A stretch of 63,207 nt of DNA, filler included, from Deltaproteobacteria bacterium (GTDB lineage Bacteria > Myxococcota > JACRCW01): NCBI GenBank assembly GCA_016218805.1. It is 6 parts of 6 records of this genome, joined end to end, with 100 filler letters (N's around TTAATTAATTAA, not from the genome) between each part and the next. Parts side by side here need not be neighbours in the genome. Positions count along the whole stretch, not along the records: positions 1 to 7,917 come from JACRCW010000074.1; positions 8,018 to 13,759 come from JACRCW010000075.1; 4 more parts are not named here. The stretch is one strand, 5' to 3'. Shown piece by piece: positions 1-8,857 of the stretch. A program made the position numbers and the translations under genes. Positions within the stretch are counted from its first letter, which is position 1; each line of letters opens with the position of its first letter. The notes beneath the pieces are model-generated. The model was not told the origin of the DNA, did no database searches, and was given only the letters and a program-made list of their open reading frames with translations.

Positions 1-151
1 GAGACTTTTCGCATTGACGACCAAATCGCTCAGCGCGCTGATCGCGCGCATGGGATCCGTGTGTCCGCGCTGGAAGTAACTCGCCCTATGTTCCGCAAGC
101 AAGAAGCATTCCCGTACCCCACGCGCTTCTTTTAGGGCTAACGAAGAGGCC

Positions 152-1003
152 GTGGTGCGCGGCTGCATCGACACCGTCCGCGCCATTGTGGCCAGCCTCA
201 AGGACAAAGCCGAGGCCCTCGCACCAGCGATCGAGAAACACATGAAGGAGACCAACTTCATGGGCATGGGCGGCGAGACATTGCCGAACGCCAGCACGAC
301 GCTGCCGGTGCCGGGGGGCCTCCCTTCTGGCGACGCTGTAGAGGAGCAGTCCAACAGCGACGAGGTGGACGATGAACCCGCGCCCCGCGTGCAACGGGAA
401 CGGGCTTCTGGCGCCCCGCAACAGGGTCGTTTTATGCGCTTCATCACGTGGCTTCTCTCAATCATCGCGGGCTTCATGAGCCCAAGCCGCTACGCTGTCC
501 GCCCACCCGCGAGCCGGCCAACCCTTGCGCCGGACACCGCCTCGGACGGCGCCCGGCTAGTCGACAATGGGCGAATCTGGTCGCCGACAAAGGTTGAGGG
601 CGGAGGCTCCGTCGTCACTGATCATACTCGACTGGCGGAGATCTTCGCTGACTCGTGCCGAATCGCGCTGATCTCCCTGAATCCCGCAACAGCCAAGGAG
701 CGCTACGCCTTGGCGGTCGAAACATTCGATCAACTGATGGCGGGAGCATCCCCTCCCGAGGTCAAAGCTGGATTGCGTGCGCAGTTTGATGGCCTGACGG
801 CGAGCTTCCCAGAGCAGCTTGCGCTGAACGAAGCCAGAGCCCTCCAGGCAAAAGCGCATGGAGTCAAGACCTCCAAGCGGCGACTTCATCACTTGCGGCA
901 ATGCCTTGATGTGCTCCAGCGCGGCATGGCCGAAAGGCCTGGCAGCGGACAGCTTTCGGCAATGGCCAAAGACGTCACCGAGGAAATTCGGTCACTGGAA
1001 TGA
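152..1003 (+). CDS. hypothetical protein; probably 5'-partial or frameshifted
   Basis: 283-aa ORF. An open frame 1..135 could join it via an extra T in TTCTTTTAGG. No recognisable family. Confidence 0.5.
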   Translation: MVRGCIDTVRAIVASLKDKAEALAPAIEKHMKETNFMGMGGETLPNASTTLPVPGGLPSGDAVEEQSNSDEVDDEPAPRVQRERASGAPQQGRFMRFITWLLSIIAGFMSPSRYAVRPPASRPTLAPDTASDGARLVDNGRIWSPTKVEGGGSVVTDHTRLAEIFADSCRIALISLNPATAKERYALAVETFDQLMAGASPPEVKAGLRAQFDGLTASFPEQLALNEARALQAKAHGVKTSKRRLHHLRQCLDVLQRGMAERPGSGQLSAMAKDVTEEIRSLE

Positions 1004-1304
1004 GGTGCCTGGTTTTGGCAGGCGAGGTTCAGCGTGCAACGCGGCGCCCAAGTTGCCTCAGCGGCGCCCCCCCAGTGTTGCCCGGAGCGGGCCGGGGGCT
1101 CTGGCGTAGGGCCACCAGGGCACGGGTGCTTCGCACCCTCAGGCGTGACGTGCAGGCGGTTCGGCGTGTCAGACGGCTGGTCAGACGGTGTTGCCCCAGC
1201 CGATTCTGGCAAAAAGAATCGGCCCCCCGTTGAGAGGGTTCTCGACGAGGCCCGCCTACAGTCTGCTTACAGTGCCGGCAACCCAGCGAAATCTGAAAGC
1301 TATT

Positions 1305-1351
1305 TGGATGCGGGGGCGGGACTTGAACCTGCGCCGTTCAGGTTGTGAGCC
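1305..1351 (-). pseudogene. 3' half of an initiator tRNA-Met-like gene (att-site-like fragment)
   Basis: Minus strand reads GGCTCACAACCTGAACGGCGCAGGTTCAAGTCCCGCCCCCGCATCCA: anticodon loop, T-arm (GGTTCAA), acceptor 3' strand and CCA. There is no D-arm or 5' half, and the anticodon reads CAC rather than CAT. Confidence 0.75.
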
Positions 1352-1352
1352 G

Positions 1353-2534
1353 TCACCAGCGCCAGCCCAGGCCCGCAAACGCCACCAACCGCAGGAACGG
1401 CGTCCGTCCCGCGGCAAACTCCGCCGTGTATGCCGCCGTGCGCGCCTCTACCCACACGCCGCCGCGCAGCGGGACGGAGAGCTGGCCCGCCAGGCTGGTC
1501 TGGCTCTCATCACCCTCCTGCAGCGCCAGCCGCTCACCCAGGCCCAATCCTTCCGGCCAGCGCGTGGCCTGCAGCTGTCCTTCCACAAGCACGCGCGCTC
1601 CGCCGGGAAGCAGCCCGCCTGCCGTCAGCGCCAGCCGCCCGCGCAGGTAGCTCTCCCCGCGTGACAGCGACGTGTTCCCCGTCACCCGCGCCGCCGCGCG
1701 CAGGTACAGCACGCGCACACTCTCCAGCGTCAGCTCGCCGTGCAGCGTGCCGTCCGCGCGCCGCGTGGGACGGCGCAGCTGGTCCAGGATCCCGCGCGCG
1801 CCTGACGGAGGACCGCGCTCGTCAAACACGCGCGCACCGTCGACGATCTTGGTGGCGCTCCACCCCAGCGGGAAGTACCGCCCGTCCGCGGCGGCGGTCA
1901 GTGAAAGCACCTCCGCGCCACTGAGCTGCACCAGCAGCGCGGCAAACCCGCCCGCACCCGCGTTGGAAAACCGCGCCAGGCTGTCGTCGGGGAGGCGCAG
2001 GTCGCTGCGGGTGAGTTCGGCCAACGGGGCGGGGCAGAAGCGGTCCCCCTTGCACGCCTGGCCCTGCGGATAGGGCCAGAAGGCAAACGCGCGCGGCCCC
2101 GCACCGAACGACACGGACACCGGCAACGGTCCCCACGGTCCCAGTGATGCGCCCAGGTCCCCCGTCCACGTCGTGTACGAACGCGCACCAGAGCGCTGGC
2201 GCCGGTCCCGCCCGCCCGTCTCCGCAAACAGCCCCAACCCGTCCAACGGCCGCGCGTCCCAGCGCGCGCGCGCCTCCAGCGCCTGTACGTCCTCAGACCG
2301 CTGCGTGGCGAACACCTTGTGCCCCCACTGGCCTTCCACGCCCACGCGCTGGTTGCGTTCGCGGCGGCTGAGTTCCACGCGCGCCTGGCTGCGCCACAGC
2401 AGGTCCGGCTGCGGCACCTGGCCGCTGATCTCGCGCCGGGCGTTGCTGTCTGCCTCCGGGCCGCTGACCACGCGCGCGCCCACCTGCGGCGGTTCCGCGA
2501 CGATAAAACAGGCGATCAGGAGGGCGGCGTGCAC
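1353..2534 (-). CDS. putative outer-membrane beta-barrel protein (start uncertain)
   Basis: Signal-like N-terminus, alternating beta-strand pattern and terminal aromatic residue (GLGWRW). Confidence 0.55.
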   Translation of the reverse strand: MHAALLIACFIVAEPPQVGARVVSGPEADSNARREISGQVPQPDLLWRSQARVELSRRERNQRVGVEGQWGHKVFATQRSEDVQALEARARWDARPLDGLGLFAETGGRDRRQRSGARSYTTWTGDLGASLGPWGPLPVSVSFGAGPRAFAFWPYPQGQACKGDRFCPAPLAELTRSDLRLPDDSLARFSNAGAGGFAALLVQLSGAEVLSLTAAADGRYFPLGWSATKIVDGARVFDERGPPSGARGILDQLRRPTRRADGTLHGELTLESVRVLYLRAAARVTGNTSLSRGESYLRGRLALTAGGLLPGGARVLVEGQLQATRWPEGLGLGERLALQEGDESQTSLAGQLSVPLRGGVWVEARTAAYTAEFAAGRTPFLRLVAFAGLGWRW

Positions 2535-2714
2535 CGGGTCTCTGTCAGCGCGCGCTGGGGAAACGCGCGTGGGCCGCAAATGCTGCCCCGTCGGGAGCGG
2601 TGCGGGCAACGGCGGACGTTGACGGGCAACCCGGCGTCACCCGTGTGGACCACGGCGACCGCTTCCCCGCCGCGGCGGTGTGCCCTATGGAAGCCCCCCC
2701 TCCGGGAGGCAAGC

Positions 2715-3443
2715 ATGGGCCTGTTGGATTTCCTCAAGACGGACGACAAGAAGAAGATTGCCGGGCTGGTGAAGAAGGTGAAGGAGCCCTACTCCCAGCC
2801 AGAGGTCCGCCAGGAGGCGTTGGAAGCGCTGTTCAAGATGGCCACGCCCGAGGCCTACGCCGCAGCCCTCAAGCGCTTCACGTACGTGTGCCAGTCGCTC
2901 CATTGGGACGGCGAGGAGAAGAAGTGGCTGGTGGAGAACCTGGTCAAGGTGGGGATGGCCGCGGTGCCGCCGCTGCAGGAGTTTGTGCGGACGGATGACA
3001 ACGTCAACCTGGCGTTCCGCGCGTTGGAGCGCATTGTGCCGGAGGGGCAGTCATTGGAGATCCTGCTGGGCGCGCTGACGTCACGCTCCCCGGAGGACTA
3101 CCGCCGCACGCAGGCCAAGCTGGAACTGATTGACCACCTGGGGACGCGCAAGCCCAGCCCGGAAGTCTGGGCGGCGGTGGCGCCGTACCTGGATGACCAC
3201 AGCGACGACGTGCGCACCAAGCTGCTGGAGGTGGTGGAGGGGTGGAACCTGGAGGCCGCCGGGCCCGCCGTGGCCAAGCTGATTGCTGACGACACGCTGT
3301 CCGCGCGCGTCCACCGGCGGGCCGCGCAGTGCCTGTGCGCCCTGAAGGTGAAGCTCAATCCGCCGCCCACCCTGCCGCCCGCGGCGGCCGAGGACTACAC
3401 CGTCGACGGCGACGGCCAGGTGGTGCGCAAGAAGCCGGCGTGA
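2715..3443 (+). CDS. HEAT-repeat protein
   Basis: GGAGG RBS before ATG 2715; HEAT-like motifs such as LDDHSDDVR. Confidence 0.75.
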   Translation: MGLLDFLKTDDKKKIAGLVKKVKEPYSQPEVRQEALEALFKMATPEAYAAALKRFTYVCQSLHWDGEEKKWLVENLVKVGMAAVPPLQEFVRTDDNVNLAFRALERIVPEGQSLEILLGALTSRSPEDYRRTQAKLELIDHLGTRKPSPEVWAAVAPYLDDHSDDVRTKLLEVVEGWNLEAAGPAVAKLIADDTLSARVHRRAAQCLCALKVKLNPPPTLPPAAAEDYTVDGDGQVVRKKPA

Positions 3444-3476
3444 AACGCCTCCCGCCGCGTTGAACTGCGGGAGTTC

Positions 3477-4247
3477 TCACCCGGAACCCGTTGCCAGCGC
3501 GCGCACCAGCGCAAGAAACGCCGCCGTCAGCGTGTTGCTGTGGGTCCGCTCCATCAGCGCGGCCAGCGTCCCTTCCGCCACCGTCCGCCCGGCGTGGATC
3601 AGCACTGCGCGGTCCACCACCATCTCAGCGTCAGCCAGCGCGTGCGTGCACAGCAACACCGCGCGCCCCTCCGCCTTCAGCCCGCGGATGACATCCAGCA
3701 GCAGGTCCACCGTTTCGGGGTCCAGCGCCGTGGTGGGCTCGTCCAGGATCACCACCGGCGGATCATGCACCAGTGCGCGCGCCAGGTTGGCGCGCTGCCG
3801 TTCCCCTGACGACAACGTCCCCACGGTGCGGTCCGCCAGCGGATGCAGATGCAACCGGTCCATCCAGCGCGCCACCGCGTCCGCGCGCGCACGTCCTGCC
3901 AACCCCTGCAGGGACGCGAACAACGCCAGCGTCTCCACCACCGTGTGCCGCGGGTACAACAGCGTGTCCTGCGCCAGAAACCCCAGCTTTGCGCGCGCGT
4001 CTTCGGGATGATCCGCCACCTCAATGCCCGCCAGCCGCGTGCGTCCCTTGTCCGCGCGGCCCAACCCGCACACCAGCCGCAGCGCCGTGGACTTTCCCGC
4101 GCCGTTGGGCCCCAGCAGCCCCACCACCTCGCCCGGGGCCACGGTCAGGTCCAACCCGCACAGCGCCGCCACCGTCCCGTACGCACGCCACAGGTCACGC
4201 GCCCACAGGCCGTGCTCAAACGCGGGTCCCGTCTCGGTCAGGCTCAT
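3477..4247 (-). CDS. ABC transporter ATP-binding protein
   Basis: Walker A GPNGAGKS, signature LSSGE, Walker B ILDEPT; ATGA overlap with the upstream gene. Confidence 0.9.
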   Translation of the reverse strand: MSLTETGPAFEHGLWARDLWRAYGTVAALCGLDLTVAPGEVVGLLGPNGAGKSTALRLVCGLGRADKGRTRLAGIEVADHPEDARAKLGFLAQDTLLYPRHTVVETLALFASLQGLAGRARADAVARWMDRLHLHPLADRTVGTLSSGERQRANLARALVHDPPVVILDEPTTALDPETVDLLLDVIRGLKAEGRAVLLCTHALADAEMVVDRAVLIHAGRTVAEGTLAALMERTHSNTLTAAFLALVRALATGSG

Positions 4248-4939
4248 TTGCGCCATCCCGCGCGCGTGGCCGGCACCAGCATCCACGCGGGCCGCGTCCA
4301 CTTGCGCCGCGCCTCCACCCAGCGCGCGGCAAACTCCGCGTATTCGCGCCACGGCCGCGCCGCGCCACCCGCGCGCTCCCAGTCACGCACCAGGCGTTTC
4401 TCGTCAGAGAAGTCCCGCCGCCAGCGCGCGTGCACACGCCGCAGCGCCGCCTCCAGCGCGGCGCTCTTGACCCAGCGCGCTGGGCACACCGCCGGGTCAC
4501 CCATGGACAAGGTCCGCTCATTCACGCGGAAGCGGAACGGGAAGAAGTGGCACAGCGCAGGGCGGTGTGCATGCGCCGCGCAGCGTCCCTGCTCCAGCAG
4601 CCGCTGCAGGAACACGCACGCGCCCGCGGCCGAATGGCGCAACCGCAACACCGTCAACCCGTCGTCCAGCGGGATGGGCACCGACGCCATCCGGTCCGCC
4701 AGGTTCGGTGGACAGTCAATGCGCTGGACGACCGCCTCAACGGCAATGCGCAGGCCGTGCGCCACGCGCAACGCCTCCACCGTGGTCAGTTCCACCTTGG
4801 CGCTGCAGCACGAGGCCGCGCAGTTGGAGCACGGCTCCGTCGAGTAGTAGCGGTCCAGACGTGCGCGCGGCAGGTCCGCGGGCCCGCGCAGGGACGCGAC
4901 ATCGGGCGTGTCCAGGATGACCAGTGGCGTTCGGGGCAC
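4244..4939 (-). CDS. YkgJ-family cysteine-cluster protein
   Basis: CSNCAASCC ... CVFL ... C-x4-RPALCHFFPF pattern. Confidence 0.8.
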   Translation of the reverse strand: MPRTPLVILDTPDVASLRGPADLPRARLDRYYSTEPCSNCAASCCSAKVELTTVEALRVAHGLRIAVEAVVQRIDCPPNLADRMASVPIPLDDGLTVLRLRHSAAGACVFLQRLLEQGRCAAHAHRPALCHFFPFRFRVNERTLSMGDPAVCPARWVKSAALEAALRRVHARWRRDFSDEKRLVRDWERAGGAARPWREYAEFAARWVEARRKWTRPAWMLVPATRAGWRK

Positions 4940-5057
4940 GGCGGGATGGAACGCCGTGGGGCCGGCTGCGTCAACCACCGGCCATTCACGACGTGCAACT
5001 TGACACGCAACCCGCCGAGCGCTTCCTATGCGCGACTCAAGTGGTACGGAGTGTCTC

Positions 5058-6092
5058 GTGAACGCACCTCGCCTTGTTGCCGCGTTGACCACGCTGCTTC
5101 TGCTCGCCTCCTGCAAGACGGATTCAACCAACGCCAAGCCCGCGGACCAGGCCGCCGCCGCTCCCGCGGACCCGGGCCTGGGCCTGCCCACGCCGTTGGA
5201 CAGCGCAGAGAACCCGACGACGCCGGAGAAGGCGCAGCTGGGGTACACGCTGTTCTTTGACAAGCGGCTCAGCAAGGACGGATCCATGGCGTGCGCGGGG
5301 TGTCACTTCACGGACCACGGCTGGGCCACGCCCAACGCGGTGGACACCAAGGTGGGCGGCGCGGCCAACAAGCGCAACACGCCCACGCTGCTCAACGTGG
5401 GGCTGCAGCCGCACTTCTACTGGGACGGGCGCGCTCCCACGGCGGAGGCGGTGAGCCTGGCCGCGTGGAAGGCGCAGTTGGGCGCGGACCCCGCCGCCGT
5501 GGCGCCGGCCATTGCGGCGGTGCCCGCGTACAAGGAGCGCTTCCAGGCGGTGTTCAAGGAGGACCCCAGCGCGGACAACATCCCCAAGGCGCTGGGCGCG
5601 TTCCTGCGCTCACTGAAGGCCGGCAACAGCGGCTGGGACCGCTTCATGGCGGGCGACAAGACGGCCATGAGCGAGCCCGCGCAGCGCGGCTGGAAGCTGT
5701 TCCAGGAGAACGCGTGCATTGTCTGTCACGTGCCGCCCGCGTTCACCAACTTCCAGTTCCACAACGTGGGCATTGGCAGTGACAAGCCGGAAGACCAGCA
5801 GGACAAGGGCCGCATGGATCACACCAAGGACGCGGCGGACAAGGGCAAGTTCAAGACGCCGTCACTGCGCAACGTGGCGCTCACCGCGCCGTACTTCCAT
5901 GACGGCAGCGCGGCCACGCTGGACCAGGCCATCAACGTGATGGTGGGCGGTGGCATTGCCAACCCGGGGCTGGACCAGGCGCTCACCGGCCACAAGCTCA
6001 CCGACGCGCAGAAGGCGGACCTCAAGGCGTTCCTGGAAGCGCTGACCGGTACGCCCGCGTTCAACGCGCCCGCGGCGGACGTTCCACACTGA
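5058..6092 (+). CDS. di-heme cytochrome c peroxidase (CcP/MauG family) lipoprotein
   Basis: Lipobox LLASC; CAGCH and CIVCH heme motifs; LFFDKRLS, WDGRA, FKTPSLRNV and PYFHDGS. Confidence 0.92.
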   Translation: MNAPRLVAALTTLLLLASCKTDSTNAKPADQAAAAPADPGLGLPTPLDSAENPTTPEKAQLGYTLFFDKRLSKDGSMACAGCHFTDHGWATPNAVDTKVGGAANKRNTPTLLNVGLQPHFYWDGRAPTAEAVSLAAWKAQLGADPAAVAPAIAAVPAYKERFQAVFKEDPSADNIPKALGAFLRSLKAGNSGWDRFMAGDKTAMSEPAQRGWKLFQENACIVCHVPPAFTNFQFHNVGIGSDKPEDQQDKGRMDHTKDAADKGKFKTPSLRNVALTAPYFHDGSAATLDQAINVMVGGGIANPGLDQALTGHKLTDAQKADLKAFLEALTGTPAFNAPAADVPH

Positions 6093-6104
6093 GCGGGAGG
6101 CGGC

Positions 6105-7157
6105 ATGGTGGCGTGTTCGTTCTGCGGGAGCCAGGCGGAGCCGGCGCGGACGGGCACGGGCGGCGCGGCCATCTGCGCGGATTGCGTGCGCACGCTGGGG
6201 CGTGACGTGGGTCCCGCGAGTTTCTCTCCCGTGCCGGGGCGCGTGCTGCCGCGCTTTGCCGGGGTGCCCACGTTCTTCCGCCTGCCCGTGCATGAAGCGG
6301 TCAAGGGCGCGGACGTCGCCATTGTCGGCATACCGTTTGACGGTGGTACCAGCTACCGGCCTGGAACGCGATTTGCCCCGCGCGAAATGCGCAACGCATC
6401 CTGCATGGGGCGCGGCTACCAGGTGGGCACGGACGCGGACGTGTTCCGCACGCTGCGCGTGTGTGACGCGGGGGACGTGTGCGCCATCCCGCTGGACCTC
6501 GCCGCCACCTTCCGCAACATTGAGACGCGCATCGGCGAAATCCTGGACGCGGGCGCGGTGCCGCTGTCCGTGGGCGGGGACCACTCCGTCACGCTGCCCA
6601 TCCTGCGGGCGTTTGCCAAGCGGCGTGCAGGGAAGCCCAAGCTGGCCGTGCTGCACTTTGACGCGCACCTGGACACCTACCCGCCGTCATGGGGCGTGGA
6701 CTTCCATCACGGCACGCCGTTCCGTCACCTGGTGGAGGAGGGCCTGGTGGAGCCGCGTGACGTCATCCAGGTGGGTATCCGCGGGCCGCTGGCCGGGAAG
6801 GATGACCTGGATTTCGCGCGCCGGCACGGTTTTGAAGTCATCTTCATAGACGACGTGCGCGACGCGGGTCCGCGCGCCATTGCCCAGCGCGTGGAGCGCC
6901 TGCGCGGCAAGCCCGTGTACGTGTCCTTTGACATTGACGGCGTGGACCCCGCGTATGCGCCCGGTACCGGCACGCCCGTTCCCGGTGGTCTGACCACGTG
7001 GGATTGCCAGGTGATCCTGCGCGCGCTCAAGGGCATGGAGCTGGTGGGGATGGACGTGGTGGAGGTCAGCCCGGCGTTTGACCCCACGGGCGTCACGCCG
7101 CTGGTGGCGCTCACCATGATGCAGGAATGGCTGGGTGCGTTGGCCGCGGGACGGTGA
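6105..7157 (+). CDS. speB: agmatinase (ureohydrolase) with N-terminal ClpX-type C4 zinc finger
   Basis: GGDHS, DAHLD and DIDGVDP Mn-binding motifs; N-terminal CSFCG...ICADC. Confidence 0.85.
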   Translation: MVACSFCGSQAEPARTGTGGAAICADCVRTLGRDVGPASFSPVPGRVLPRFAGVPTFFRLPVHEAVKGADVAIVGIPFDGGTSYRPGTRFAPREMRNASCMGRGYQVGTDADVFRTLRVCDAGDVCAIPLDLAATFRNIETRIGEILDAGAVPLSVGGDHSVTLPILRAFAKRRAGKPKLAVLHFDAHLDTYPPSWGVDFHHGTPFRHLVEEGLVEPRDVIQVGIRGPLAGKDDLDFARRHGFEVIFIDDVRDAGPRAIAQRVERLRGKPVYVSFDIDGVDPAYAPGTGTPVPGGLTTWDCQVILRALKGMELVGMDVVEVSPAFDPTGVTPLVALTMMQEWLGALAAGR

Positions 7158-7224
7158 CTGCACGGCTGGACGCGGAACAAACCGCGCGTCACCCTTGTCC
7201 ATCCGCGTGTGACCCGGGGTGCCC

Positions 7225-7777
7225 ATGCGTCCGTTCCGCGCCGTTGCAGTCCTCGCGCTGTGTTTCGGCCCGCTCGTCGCCACCGCGCACACGAAGGGCG
7301 TCACCACGCAGGTGTGCCCGCTTGACAAGAAGAGTTTCAGCGCCGAGCTGGACATGTCCGGGACGACGTTTGGCAAGCGCCTGGACCTCAAGCCGCTGGG
7401 CCCCACCGCGGCGCCGTGGCGCATCCCGGTGTGCCCGCGCTGCCACGTGGTGCTGTTCAAGAAGGAGTTCGCCGAGCAGGAGCTTGCGCCGCTGTCGGCG
7501 CTGGTGGCGACGGCCGAGTACCAGGCGCTGGCGGAACGCACCCGTCGCATTTCCTCCTCGGCCGGACGCTCGAGCACCTGGGTCGGCCCGCGGACGCGAT
7601 CGCGAGGGCGTACCTGCAGGCCAGCTGGCAGTCGGAGTCGACGCCCGCGCTCCATCGCGAGGCCCTGGAAGCGTCGCTGAAGCACTACCGCGCCGCGCTG
7701 GTGAAGACGGCGGAACCCACCCCGGACGCGGGCCCTGGCAACAAGGACGACCACCGCCCGACCACGCTGTTCCTCAT
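7225..7777 (+). pseudogene. 5' part of a DUF2225-like secreted protein; frameshift near 7533 and IS insertion at 7777
   Basis: Signal peptide, CPLD and CPRC motifs. Homologous-looking sequence continues in another frame (THPSHFLLGR...AYLQASWQ...TTLFLI) up to an IS terminus. Confidence 0.75.
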
Positions 7778-7917
7778 CCCGGCGGATCCAAACCTGAGCT
7801 CTTGAGATGTTGAAGGATCACTGGAGGTTGCGGAGTAGCGCAGCGGGGATCAGAACAGGGCTCAAGGAGAATCTCCATGGCCCGCAACCAAAGAGTTCCG
7901 ACAATCGACCCCCGCGA
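7778..7917 (+). mobile_element. left end of ISKra4/ISLre2-like IS (IRL, RBS and transposase start at 7877)
   Basis: CCCGGCGGATCCAAACCTGA is an imperfect inverted repeat of 46042-46061; flanked by TTCCTCAT; AAGGAG precedes the ATG. Confidence 0.8.
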
Positions 7918-8017
7918 NNNNNNNNNNNNNNNNNNNNNNNNNNNNNNNNNNNNNNNNNNNNTTAATTAATTAANNNNNNNNNNNNNNNNNNNNNNNNNNN
8001 NNNNNNNNNNNNNNNNN
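7918..8017. other. contig-join spacer
   Basis: N-run with TTAATTAATTAA. Confidence 0.99.
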
Positions 8018-8157
8018 CACCCAATACCTTCAGCCATATGCTGCGCTTCTGCATTCGTTCCTCGCTTCTGTGTTGTCGTCGACAAACACCACACTGGCAC
8101 AGGAACGGATGCAGGTCATCCTACCCCTCCGGGACCCACTTTGGGGTCAGGAGAGCC
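8018..8157 (-). mobile_element. ISL3-like IS left end, copy 1
   Basis: Matches 31458-31597 and the reverse complement of 13623-13759. Terminus GGCTCTCCTG; transposase start MQKRSIWLKVLG. Confidence 0.85.
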
Positions 8158-8499
8158 TGATCTTTCCGCATGCTCGTCTGGCTGCGGAAACAGAAAACCG
8201 TACGGCGGCGCGCTCTGGGTGGCTGGCGCCTCTTCATCTTGCACGCGCTCCTGTTTGAGCCGTTGCGCTTTGCCTGGGCCGCTCAGGCGCCCATTCACGT
8301 CATCAATGCGGAGCCAGCAGTCAAGGCGGGGTTGGATTTCCTGGAGCGGTACGCCCTGGGCGGCTGAGCAAATCTGTGACGGAGACCAATCAACCGCGTT
8401 CCGCCCTACGCCGGCCAGGCTGAGTTGCGGGCCGCGTGGCGCAGCGGGGGCCCCCAATACATCCGTCCGCGTTTCACGCGACGTTTGTCGGCGGCGTCG

Positions 8500-8640
8500 A
8501 CGAGGAACGGCGGGCTGGGTCAAGGCCAACGGCAAACCCGTGCGGGTCAACGCGGACCACACGCGTGGACTGAACAAGGAATGCGCCACGCAGTCCAGGA
8601 CCATTTTCAAGGGCGCGGCAAACGCGGATGAGACCCTGTC
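8500..8640 (+). pseudogene. possible IS110-family transposase remnant
   Basis: TRGLNKEC...TIFKGAA resembles an IS110 C-terminal segment; no start or catalytic domain. Confidence 0.35.
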
Positions 8641-8857
8641 GCTGAAACAGCGTGTCCAGCTCATCCCGTCCACTTGTCCCGGCAGCGTGCGCTCCGCCGC
8701 GCATGGCTGCGCTTGCGCCGACGCAGGTAGTCCACACGGCGCCCGCGGCGCGGAAGATCCTGGAGCCAAAACGGAGTAAGCCCTGGTCTATGTTGCACAC
8801 GTGCGCGGCATCTTGACACGCCCAAAACCGGACAGCGTCTTTGTTCAGAGGGTAACC

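Noticed and set aside
1305..1385. Full-length tRNA-Val(CAC)
   Set aside because: No D-arm or proper anticodon stem; the upstream sequence is the end of a CDS.
7918..8017. TTAATTAATTAA motif within N-runs (five occurrences)
   Set aside because: Artificial stop-codon linker between contigs; adjacency across it is not biological.
8070..8258. Similar small ORFs starting MLSSTNTTLAQERMQ at 8070 and 13710
   Set aside because: They are antisense reads of the IS left end running into flanking DNA.
8813..8845. TTGACA boxes at 8813 and 5000 as sigma70 promoters
   Set aside because: No convincing -10 element at 16-18 bp spacing.
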